DNA from: a virus
Taxonomy: Duplodnaviria; Caudoviricetes
Length of the DNA stretch: 63,730 nt
Virus record (IMG/VR): IMGVR_UViG_3300048837_001215
Location: 1 to 63,730 of that record
Direction: 5' to 3' (one strand)
Both the position numbers and the translations under genes were made by a program. Below, piece after piece: positions 9,982-17,752 of this stretch. Below the pieces are notes generated by a model. It searched no databases. It was given only the letters and a program-made list of their open reading frames with translations, and was not told where the DNA came from. Within the stretch, counting starts at the first letter, position 1. Every line of letters starts with the position of its first letter.

Positions 9982-10968
9982 TTATCGTTCAAAATACTTC
10001 CACACTTTATCTATTATACCTGGAGGGATGTTTTTCGTTAAGGCAATTTCCAAATTCTTTTCGAAGTCCACTCCAGTCATGTCCTGTGTTCCTAACTTCT
10101 CCACAAAAGCCGACAGTCTACTATCCAGCTCTTGCTTGTCATCCAGATGCTCTCTACTGACTACGCCTTTCTTGATTGGAATGAATACCTGACGGACCTT
10201 TGGGAAATCTCCTTCAGGATACCACAGGAACACACATGGCCTGTGGTCTGCTTGGTCGGCATCGTTCCTCATCATGCTTCCAGGGTTGACCAGAATGGTC
10301 TTTCTTTTGGATCGGGTAAAGGTTTGATGATGGTGGCCACAAACAATCAAGTCTGCATTACTCCACAGATCCAAGAGTTCCTCGGCTTCATATCCTTCAC
10401 AACCTGGGAATGGCAATTTTCGGTTGTAGACCATGGCATGAACCAGAACCACATTCCAGCAATTTGGTGCTGCTTTGATCTTTTCTAAAGGACCCCCCCA
10501 AGGAAAGCGATGGATTCGAACTTTATATGCTGGAAGAAATTCTACTTTCCTTCCCATTTGAGTAATATCTATTATTCCCCCGGCAGTAAACAAGGATTGA
10601 GCATCTACAACTCCTGCTCTCTCCAGAACAGCCATTGCTGAGTTCTCGTAGTTCAACATCGACTTTCCAGGCAGATCGTGATTTCCAGGAACCGTATACC
10701 AAGGGCTGGGCAGGGAGGCAATCGCACGAGCTAGCAACAAATGATTTGGATTCTTCTTTATGTCTTTGTCGGTGAGGTCACCACCGTCAAAGATTGGGCA
10801 GCCGTACTTCTCCTTGAGGCGTTTTATCCATTCGATTTTGCCCCACATGGTCTCCAGATAGGTATCTTGATCTGTCCTGCAGACCGGGACTCTGGTTCTC
10901 AGCTCCACATCAGATAAGATTATGGCTGCAGGATTTCCTTCCGGCTCTTTCTCTCGTTGTCTTCTCAT
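9982..10968 (-). CDS. Mre11/SbcD-like metallophosphoesterase nuclease
   Basis: ILSD, GGDL, PGNHD, LVH, CGHHH, NPGS. Start set at the ATGA overlap at 10968. Confidence 0.88.
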   Translation of the reverse strand: MRRQREKEPEGNPAAIILSDVELRTRVPVCRTDQDTYLETMWGKIEWIKRLKEKYGCPIFDGGDLTDKDIKKNPNHLLLARAIASLPSPWYTVPGNHDLPGKSMLNYENSAMAVLERAGVVDAQSLFTAGGIIDITQMGRKVEFLPAYKVRIHRFPWGGPLEKIKAAPNCWNVVLVHAMVYNRKLPFPGCEGYEAEELLDLWSNADLIVCGHHHQTFTRSKRKTILVNPGSMMRNDADQADHRPCVFLWYPEGDFPKVRQVFIPIKKGVVSREHLDDKQELDSRLSAFVEKLGTQDMTGVDFEKNLEIALTKNIPPGIIDKVWKYFER

Positions 10969-12020
10969 TTCTTCCCCATCAGAACAGTTCCACAGGTCGG
11001 GCAAACATCAGGAATTGACTGCTCCAGCTGAAAGATGGCTTCGTCCAGCTCCCTCAATTTGATTACCTTTGCCTCCTTGACTGACTTGAGCTTGACCGCT
11101 TGATAATACAAGTCCTCTGCCTTTCTCATGTCATCCAAAACCTTCTTTAGCTCAACAACTCGGTCTTCTGCATCTTGGATCATGAAAGGGTCCGGGAGAC
11201 TCTTTTCAATCTTTGCCTTCCTCTCCATCCACTTTTCAGCATCCTCTACTTCTTTCCGAACAGTCGAGGCCTGAACAACTTGTTTCTCAATCTTCCTCTT
11301 CAGCTGCTCTGCCCTGTCAAGTTTTGGTTCTAATCCATCCAGGGATAAACGGATCTTACTCTGTGCCATAAACATCTTACTGACCGAAGTAATCTCTGAA
11401 CTGGTTTGATTTATCATCCTGTGGAGAGTCTCTGCCTGCTCCACCAATCCTTGAAGTTTAGGAACCAGCTCAAACTTGATCAGCTCCTTCTCCTTCTCCT
11501 CAATAGTGGATTCCAGTTGATTCTTCTCCCTATTTAGCTTCAGGATGTCGGAGTTGGCTGCAGACAAGGTAGAGTCGATTTTGTCCAGGCCGGCAATCTG
11601 ATTGAGTATCCTTCCACGGTCTCCAGGGGTATCGAACATGAGGAATGCCCGATCTATTTGGGATTGGTAGTTGACATCTCCCATATTGAAAACCGTTTGA
11701 ATCTCTTTTGGGACATCGGTGCCGGCATTCCCTTCAAATACCAAGTCTGGATTCCACAGCTGATATTGATTCTGCTTTCCCTTTATCCTCTTGACCACGG
11801 GGCCATCATCAAATCGAACCTCAACACAAGTTTCTCCTTCCCAATATAGAGGAAGCATTCCATTACCCAGTGGCTGGTTGGATCTGGCCCAGTCAAATGC
11901 TCGAAAGGCTCCAGACTTTCCTTTGTCACTCTCTCCGACAAAGACATTCAATCCGGGTTCAAATACCAGTTTAGTATCTTTGTGGGATTCGTAGTTGATG
12001 ATCCTTATTCCATTTATCAT
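10965..12020 (-). CDS. Rad50/SbcC-like ATPase, N-terminal half ending in the zinc hook
   Basis: NYESH, Walker A GESDKGKS, Q-loop, coiled coil, terminal CPTCG. Confidence 0.88.
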   Translation of the reverse strand: MINGIRIINYESHKDTKLVFEPGLNVFVGESDKGKSGAFRAFDWARSNQPLGNGMLPLYWEGETCVEVRFDDGPVVKRIKGKQNQYQLWNPDLVFEGNAGTDVPKEIQTVFNMGDVNYQSQIDRAFLMFDTPGDRGRILNQIAGLDKIDSTLSAANSDILKLNREKNQLESTIEEKEKELIKFELVPKLQGLVEQAETLHRMINQTSSEITSVSKMFMAQSKIRLSLDGLEPKLDRAEQLKRKIEKQVVQASTVRKEVEDAEKWMERKAKIEKSLPDPFMIQDAEDRVVELKKVLDDMRKAEDLYYQAVKLKSVKEAKVIKLRELDEAIFQLEQSIPDVCPTCGTVLMGKK

Positions 12021-12397
12021 GACTTGATACCTTTTTGCAATTTCAACTGTCTGATATATTCTTGATCCCTTTGATGGATCTCTTTTTTAAACCCTTCAGA
12101 GGGACTTGGTTTGATAAGATCCTTTTCTAATTCTGATATCCAAGATTCATCAAGTTTTTCATGGTATTCTTTTATTTGTTTGTTCCTATAATCCCTCATT
12201 GTTATGAGCCTGGATATAGTGCTTTTTGCAGAAGCCCCAGATAGCGTTTTGTTGTAATAATTTTCCAAGCAAGGTGAGTCTTCACAGAAATGGCGATTTC
12301 GTTTAAAGTTCTTACTGTTGTAACAAAACACTTTTAATATTTTTCCACATTCGGAACATGGAACATCCATCCAGCAAGGATATATCGCCTTCTTCAT
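12017..12397 (-). CDS. Zn-finger hypothetical protein
   Basis: CSECG...FC...C; ATGA-coupled start at 12397. Confidence 0.55.
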   Translation of the reverse strand: MKKAIYPCWMDVPCSECGKILKVFCYNSKNFKRNRHFCEDSPCLENYYNKTLSGASAKSTISRLITMRDYRNKQIKEYHEKLDESWISELEKDLIKPSPSEGFKKEIHQRDQEYIRQLKLQKGIKS

Positions 12398-12897
12398 AAT
12401 CCGGTCCTCCTGGCCCATTCTGCAATCAAGATTCCATCTGCATCTGGTTTGCAATTTACGCTCGGGAATAATCTTCTCCCGATATCAATGCTTGCTTTCT
12501 TCAACTGGTCCCCTTTCAACCCTTTTGGAAGTATCACGCTCTGCCACTGCTTGCTGTCGATATATTGATGGGGGATTTCCAGCTCCTCCAAGGCAATCAA
12601 AGTGGATTCCAGGCATCGGATAGCAGAAAGTGAAGCGGTGAATCTCCCAGGATTGATCATGGGCCTTTCGATTACTGCCAAAGTAGAACCAAGATAGTTC
12701 CAGGCAAAGAGGATCTGTTTCAACTCTGAGAATAATACTCTATTGATATTTTTCTTTTCTTTTGTATATGAGAGTTCTTTCCGAACCGGCATGGAAACTT
12801 GACCAAAACAATGATTGCCATTGAGATTTCCGGACCAGCCTATTGTTCCGCTTACACCATTATCAATCCCGATATATATTTTTCCGGAGATTAACAT
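12394..12897 (-). CDS. RuvC-like Holliday junction resolvase
   Basis: YIGIDNG, IERP, DADGILIA. Confidence 0.8.
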   Translation of the reverse strand: MLISGKIYIGIDNGVSGTIGWSGNLNGNHCFGQVSMPVRKELSYTKEKKNINRVLFSELKQILFAWNYLGSTLAVIERPMINPGRFTASLSAIRCLESTLIALEELEIPHQYIDSKQWQSVILPKGLKGDQLKKASIDIGRRLFPSVNCKPDADGILIAEWARRTGL

Positions 12898-12920
12898 GTT
12901 TGATTCTCCTTTTACACGTC

Positions 12921-13157
12921 TCACCCATCTCTCCTTTTTGGTGGCCCTGGCTCGCACCAATGGCTGAATATTCGATCCTTGCTGACCTGCTCCTTGTTTT
13001 CAATTCCCTGGAGGGAGTACAGAGCAATAGAAGACTGCATGGTCATGGGTTGCTTCCAGATTGGATTCCAGACGAGAATGATCTTTCCCCGGTCTTCTGG
13101 GGGCTTTCTTCTGGAAACCGGAATCCAAACCAATTCCCAAAAGTCAGACTTCTTCAC
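12921..13157 (-). CDS. Hypothetical phage protein
   Basis: WIPVSRRKP...SHW pattern common in small phage proteins. Confidence 0.5.
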   Translation of the reverse strand: MKKSDFWELVWIPVSRRKPPEDRGKIILVWNPIWKQPMTMQSSIALYSLQGIENKEQVSKDRIFSHWCEPGPPKRRDG

Positions 13158-14331
13158 TTGAGTACCTCGGCTTGCGATTGAGCTTCAGAGACTCTTCAAT
13201 TTCGTTCCACTTACGCTGAACAAGCCTCTTCAGCCTCTTTTCATGGCCACCTTCTTCAATAGCCCTGACCAATGCATCCTTGCCATTCTCTCTCAATTCA
13301 AACTCCCTGGCCTCGATCCAACTCCCTGACTTCCAGTGCTCTTCATCCAGTAGAAATTGAACCATAGAACCGACATCATCAATTCCCATATCATAGTATA
13401 CATTGAACTTGATTGTACGGTACTTTCCACTTACGGAGTTCTTATCCATATCTACAGTGGTTTCCCGGCCAATCACTCGATTCAGCTTCTTGATAGCAGC
13501 ACCTTTCTTCAGGAATGGGCGAGCGTGGGAATAGAAGTATGGGCCTTCACCCCCATTTGTATACCAGTGTTTTTCTCCAAAGCTTGGATCGATCTTTTGC
13601 CGGAGCTGCTGGGTGATGAGTAAAAGTGAATCTGTATTTGCCAGTCCTCCGTTAATGGTTCGGAGAATCTTGTGTATGTATTTTGCCTTCTCCATTGCAT
13701 AGGTCCCGGTTTTGGTCTCTTTCCCTTTTTCCAGATTGCCGGCCCTCTCCATTTCCTTCTTCAATTCCTCATCAGTAGTTAGAGCATCTAGGCTATCCAC
13801 CACCCAAATGAATTTGATTCCCTTATTACACTTGGTGAGGATTCTAGCCTGGAACTCCTGAATGGTGTTGGAGATGCCGATCTTCTCCGGGTCGGCATCC
13901 AGAAGGTCTTTGTAGTAGATCCCGGTCGGAGTGATCAACCGATTCCAAAGGGGAGGAAACATCTTCTTCAGGTCGAAGCTGATTCTTCTTTCTACATCGT
14001 CAAGAATCAGTTCATATTCATCAAATTTGGAATCAATGGCAGCTTCGGTTAGACTATGGAGAGCCAATATAGTTTTCCCGGCAGTAGATTGCCCTGGAAT
14101 AGTGTTTATCTTTCCCATTGGCCATCCGCCGTTGATCTGGTCGGAAATGGAAAGATTGAGCATTGTACTGCCCGTAGAGAGGAATTTTTCATATTCAGGT
14201 TTGGAGGATTCAGCTTGATGGGATCTCCTGCTCCTTCTTTCCCTCATCTGAGTTGCCAGGGACTTGGGCTCCTCCTGTAGTGTCTCCTGAGTCTGAGTAG
14301 AGATCCTGCGCCGCCTGGGTTCTTCCGCCAT
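13144..14331 (-). CDS. recA: RecA/UvsX-like recombinase
   Basis: STGSTMLN, GGWPMG, Walker A GQSTAGKT, VVDSL, QLRQKI, GG..P.FY. Confidence 0.88.
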   Translation of the reverse strand: MAEEPRRRRISTQTQETLQEEPKSLATQMRERRSRRSHQAESSKPEYEKFLSTGSTMLNLSISDQINGGWPMGKINTIPGQSTAGKTILALHSLTEAAIDSKFDEYELILDDVERRISFDLKKMFPPLWNRLITPTGIYYKDLLDADPEKIGISNTIQEFQARILTKCNKGIKFIWVVDSLDALTTDEELKKEMERAGNLEKGKETKTGTYAMEKAKYIHKILRTINGGLANTDSLLLITQQLRQKIDPSFGEKHWYTNGGEGPYFYSHARPFLKKGAAIKKLNRVIGRETTVDMDKNSVSGKYRTIKFNVYYDMGIDDVGSMVQFLLDEEHWKSGSWIEAREFELRENGKDALVRAIEEGGHEKRLKRLVQRKWNEIEESLKLNRKPRYSSEEV

Positions 14332-14506
14332 TGATGTACCTCATATATCTTTGTGGATAGGTGTACCACTTACCACCCTTCCCACCGAGTTGAAACCCGA
14401 GTTTGTATTCATTGACCCACTTGATTAGAGTGGGTCTGCTCACTTCGATTCCGATCTTCTTTGCTTCTTCAATAGACTCTTCGATTGTCCAGTATTTCTT
14501 CTTCAT
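14210..14506 (-). CDS. Excisionase/MerR-like HTH DNA-binding protein
   Basis: TIEE...GIEVSRPTLIKWV...GKWY; GGAGG RBS. Confidence 0.55.
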   Translation of the reverse strand: MKKKYWTIEESIEEAKKIGIEVSRPTLIKWVNEYKLGFQLGGKGGKWYTYPQRYMRYINGGRTQAAQDLYSDSGDTTGGAQVPGNSDEGKKEQEIPSS

Positions 14507-14522
14507 ATCCCTCCTTTCCCAC

Positions 14523-14555
14523 AAAAATGGGAGGGGCTTTCACTCCTCCCATTTT
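14523..14555 (-). terminator. Intrinsic terminator, possibly bidirectional
   Basis: AAAATGGGAGGAG-TGAAA-GCCCCTCCCATTTTT hairpin with U-tract after the SSB gene. Confidence 0.75.
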
Positions 14556-14575
14556 CATATCACATGGGATTGAGA

Positions 14576-15772
14576 CTACCTCTTCCCTTTTCCTTTCTTG
14601 CCTTCGGCTTCGATTTCATCCAAGCGATCGCGACAGTCGTCCCAAACATCACACTTGTCGCAAGCATCGTCGGTGTCGCAATCGTGACCAAAGTTCAGGC
14701 CGGCAGGGCATGGATTGTCGTCCTTTCCCTTCCTGGACCTTGTTTTGGGTTCCGGCTCGGGTTCCTTGCTGCGCTGGCGAGTTCTTCCGGCAGGCTTTTC
14801 TTCAGGCTCATCGCCCTGATCATCGTCATCGTCCTGATCATCATCGTCCTGATCGTCATCGTCATCTTCTTCCTTCTTTTTTCTGGCCCTGGAAGATGAT
14901 GCCTTGGCAGCGGATTTAGAGGAGTTTCTACTTTTTGGCTTTTCCTCCTCTTCGTCGCCATCCTGATCACCATCGGACTCTTCATGGCCTCCGCCGGCAT
15001 CCAGTTCGAAGAACTTGTCATTCAGCTCTTTGTAGCCGAGGATCTTCAAGGCGGCATCCAGATCCACCGCTTCGTCTGTAATCATCTCTTCCGGCAGATC
15101 ATCCCGCTCTTCGAAGTCGATCCGAACGCACTCGGGGAATTTATTGCCGGCAAAATTCCCTTCAGCAAAACGAGCCAGGATAGCCAATCCGTTTTCAAAG
15201 TCCCCGTAGTATCGATCTCCGAAATCTTCTGCCTGGGCTTTATCCTCATCATCCAACATGAATCCGAACATATGCGGGGAAATCTCGAACAACTGGATGC
15301 CCTTGTTCTCGTCGTCATGATCCAGGATATTGAACAACTGGCGCTGTTTCGGCTTGAGTTCTTCTGCCAATTCCGGGTCCTGACCAGACTTCAATAGGGC
15401 GGCTCGATACTCACAAATCGGGCACTTCTTATTCTCGGACTGGGCTGTCTTTGCCGGGCAGATGAATCGTTTGCTGTCAGCTCCGACTCCGATCTTGTGT
15501 TGCCAGTAGGTGCATTCATGCCAGGGTTCGCCGGCGGTCTGGAATGGATGAGTGTCGATGCTGACGAGATAAGGCACGATGGAAAACCGATTTTTGCCCT
15601 TGTTCCCCTTGCCCATCTTGGGCTTCCAGAACTCGATGTCCCTGGGAAGATTCTGAAGGGTATCAAGACCTCCTCCCCCTCTTTCACGTTTATCCGCAGC
15701 GGCCCGGGCTTTATCCCGAACCGATTCCCTGGTTGACTTGCTTCCTCTACGATTCCTGTCTCTACTTGCCAT
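14576..15772 (-). CDS. T4 gp32-like ssDNA-binding protein with acidic tail and C-terminal Cys cluster
   Basis: H...CP...CPICE, long Asp/Glu tract, GGAGG RBS before ATG 15772. Confidence 0.7.
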   Translation of the reverse strand: MASRDRNRRGSKSTRESVRDKARAAADKRERGGGGLDTLQNLPRDIEFWKPKMGKGNKGKNRFSIVPYLVSIDTHPFQTAGEPWHECTYWQHKIGVGADSKRFICPAKTAQSENKKCPICEYRAALLKSGQDPELAEELKPKQRQLFNILDHDDENKGIQLFEISPHMFGFMLDDEDKAQAEDFGDRYYGDFENGLAILARFAEGNFAGNKFPECVRIDFEERDDLPEEMITDEAVDLDAALKILGYKELNDKFFELDAGGGHEESDGDQDGDEEEEKPKSRNSSKSAAKASSSRARKKKEEDDDDDQDDDDQDDDDDQGDEPEEKPAGRTRQRSKEPEPEPKTRSRKGKDDNPCPAGLNFGHDCDTDDACDKCDVWDDCRDRLDEIEAEGKKGKGKR

Positions 15773-15804
15773 TAGTGGGTTCCTCCAATGGGGATTTTTA
15801 TTAA

Positions 15805-15926
15805 TGCTGAATGATGAGGATTCGAACCTCATATGCGACTCGTATCGATTTAAGTAGCTTGTGGGTCACTTCCGTACAGCCTGATTCTCAGGACTATTAG
15901 CGTCTATCCATTCCGCCACATTCAGC
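15805..15926 (-). ncRNA. Oversized tRNA-Leu-like RNA (122 nt)
   Basis: Acceptor GCTGAATG/CATTCAGC + A; D-arm GCG-GAATGGATAGA-CGC; T-arm TGAGG-TTCGAAT-CCTCA; expanded non-canonical centre; no encoded CCA. Confidence 0.75.
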
Positions 15927-15934
15927 AATTTCGA

Positions 15935-16135
15935 TTATCTTGATCTTTCGGTTACAATTCTACTAATGTGCTGATCAACTTCCTTGACTCGTTCTTCTAC
16001 CTCAATAAGTTCTTGCCTCCTTTGTCTTGTAAGTTCTACCTTGGTTTCTGTCATTTCAATCTGGTTGGGTTTTCCATCCGGCCATCTCCAGGTTCTTAGA
16101 GTTCCATCCGAACAGAGTTGATTGGTCAATCCCAT
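15935..16135 (-). CDS. Hypothetical protein
   Basis: 66 aa, coupled to the upstream gene. Confidence 0.5.
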   Translation of the reverse strand: MGLTNQLCSDGTLRTWRWPDGKPNQIEMTETKVELTRQRRQELIEVEERVKEVDQHISRIVTERSR

Positions 16136-16626
16136 TATCGCTCCCTCCTCATCCTTCTGGTGGCTCTTTCCCTGCTCTCTTCGGTGGCCTCTTCCCTTTG
16201 TTCCTGAAGAGATTTTGTCTCAGCAGAAAGATCCCTTGGACTTGCCGGTCTTGCAAAATATTCCATACTCAACAACTTAGTCAGATTGTCCAGGCCATAT
16301 TTCCGTTGATGCATGGCCGACACGGCAGCAGAAGCCATATTCATGTTAAACTCTGCTTCTGCTAATTTCTTCTTGGCCTCCTGGTGTTTGGGATGATTTC
16401 TGTAATATGCCTCCTGGAGTGCAGCGTTCTTCAGGGTCTTGTCTTCAGCCGCCTCCAAAACAAGCTCAGAACGCACTACTTTTGCGTTTTCCCAGGCATC
16501 CGCATATGCTTTCTTGGCTTTGGCTTCTTCCTTGGCATAACGGGCAAACAAAGTGGGTTGTCGGAGGCATTCCACATCCAGGGCATCCGGGTCGATGCTT
16601 AGGTCTTTGTCGAGGTTCAGTTCCAT
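16135..16626 (-). CDS. UvsY-like recombination mediator
   Basis: MELNLDKDLSIDPDALDVECLRQPTLFARY resembles the T4 UvsY N-terminus; AGGAG RBS; near recA and SSB. Confidence 0.6.
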   Translation of the reverse strand: MELNLDKDLSIDPDALDVECLRQPTLFARYAKEEAKAKKAYADAWENAKVVRSELVLEAAEDKTLKNAALQEAYYRNHPKHQEAKKKLAEAEFNMNMASAAVSAMHQRKYGLDNLTKLLSMEYFARPASPRDLSAETKSLQEQREEATEESRERATRRMRRER

Positions 16627-16652
16627 GTTTTCTCCTTTTGGTTTCGATTTGA

Positions 16653-16780
16653 TGGTATGGGGAGTGGGATTTGAACCCACAATATTTCGGGCTGTGATTT
16701 GTTTTTCGGAGAGTGAAATCATTTAACCCAATTTCCACTAGCTACTGGGCACCGAGCGTCTACCATTCCGCCATCCCCAT
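16653..16780 (-). ncRNA. Oversized tRNA-Leu-like RNA with encoded CCA (128 nt)
   Basis: Acceptor ATGGGGA/TCCCCAT + A-CCA; D-arm GCG-GAATGGTAGA-CGC; T-arm GTGGG-TTCAAAT-CCCAC; branched centre in place of an anticodon arm. Confidence 0.8.
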
Positions 16781-16783
16781 TTT

Positions 16784-17692
16784 TTATCCATTGATTGCCT
16801 CATAACAGGCCATAACAAGTCCCGGCCTTCCAGTATTATACAGTGGTTCCCTGAAGCAATCCATAACTACAAAAGCCTGGGAATCCCCTGAGCTCAATAA
16901 AACTTTCTCACAATAGCTCAATACCATCCTTCTGATACTTTCCGGCTCCTCTTTTCCAAGTCCCTGGAGGATGCCGGCAATCTTCTTCCAGTCATCCCCT
17001 TTGATCAATGCCCGGCAAAGGTCGATGGCTTGGGACTCAATATCCACAGACCGCTTTGCTGCTCTAAGCATCTCTCTCTCAGGAAGTCCCATCACCTGTT
17101 CCAGAACGGTGAGAGCTTGCCGGGGATGGCCCTGGCTATCCTTGGCGATCTGCTCCAGAACTTCCTTGGGTATTTTTACCCCAGCTTTACCTGAAACGCC
17201 TTCCAGAAGTGAAATGCATTGGGCTTCTGTGAGAGGTTGAACAGTATATTCAGAACATCGTGATTTGACCGTCTTCAGAAGCTGCTGCGGATCTGTAGTG
17301 CAGAGAAAGAAATATACATGCTCAGGGGGCTCTTCCAGGGCTTTTAAAAGGGCGTTCTGAGCATCATTGGTCTGCTTGTGGATCTCATCAAGGATGAACC
17401 CCCGCCGGCCTCCAGACAATCCCTGGAGCCTCATCTTCCTGACTATCTCCCGGACACTGTCGATTCCCCGGAAGTCTGCTGCATTCTGCTCTTTGAGATT
17501 GTAGCCATCGCATCCCAATTCTTTGGCTACAATCCGGGCCAGGGTGGTTTTCCCACATCCTTGAGGCCCAGTAAACAGGTAGCTGTGGGGTGGATTCTTG
17601 GACTTCAGGAGGGTTCGGAGACTACTGATGGTAGTCCGGTTCCCTACAAAGTCATCCAGGGTTTCTGGTCTATAATCGGTATGGAGTGGCAT
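16784..17692 (-). CDS. dnaX: DnaX-like clamp loader (Pol III gamma/tau family)
   Basis: YRP, HSYLFTGPQGCGKTT, ILDEIH, NALLKALEEPP, SRC. Confidence 0.9.
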   Translation of the reverse strand: MPLHTDYRPETLDDFVGNRTTISSLRTLLKSKNPPHSYLFTGPQGCGKTTLARIVAKELGCDGYNLKEQNAADFRGIDSVREIVRKMRLQGLSGGRRGFILDEIHKQTNDAQNALLKALEEPPEHVYFFLCTTDPQQLLKTVKSRCSEYTVQPLTEAQCISLLEGVSGKAGVKIPKEVLEQIAKDSQGHPRQALTVLEQVMGLPEREMLRAAKRSVDIESQAIDLCRALIKGDDWKKIAGILQGLGKEEPESIRRMVLSYCEKVLLSSGDSQAFVVMDCFREPLYNTGRPGLVMACYEAING

Positions 17693-17720
17693 GTCTTCCT
17701 CTTTATTGGTTGGTTTATAG

Positions 17721-17749
17721 ATTATACCTAAAATTTATTAAATCGTTAA
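17721..17749 (-). promoter_or_regulatory. Phage promoter motif TTAACG-N17-TATAAT, copy 1
   Basis: Same boxes and 17-nt spacer as three other copies; AGG precedes the -10. Confidence 0.8.
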
Positions 17750-17752
17750 GGA

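Noticed and set aside
14210-14506. Lysogeny module
   Set aside because: An excisionase-like HTH is present, but I found no integrase, repressor pair or att site.
15805-16780. Ordinary decoding tRNAs or tmRNA
   Set aside because: Neither element has a canonical anticodon arm. Both keep a full D-arm and are far too short for tmRNA.
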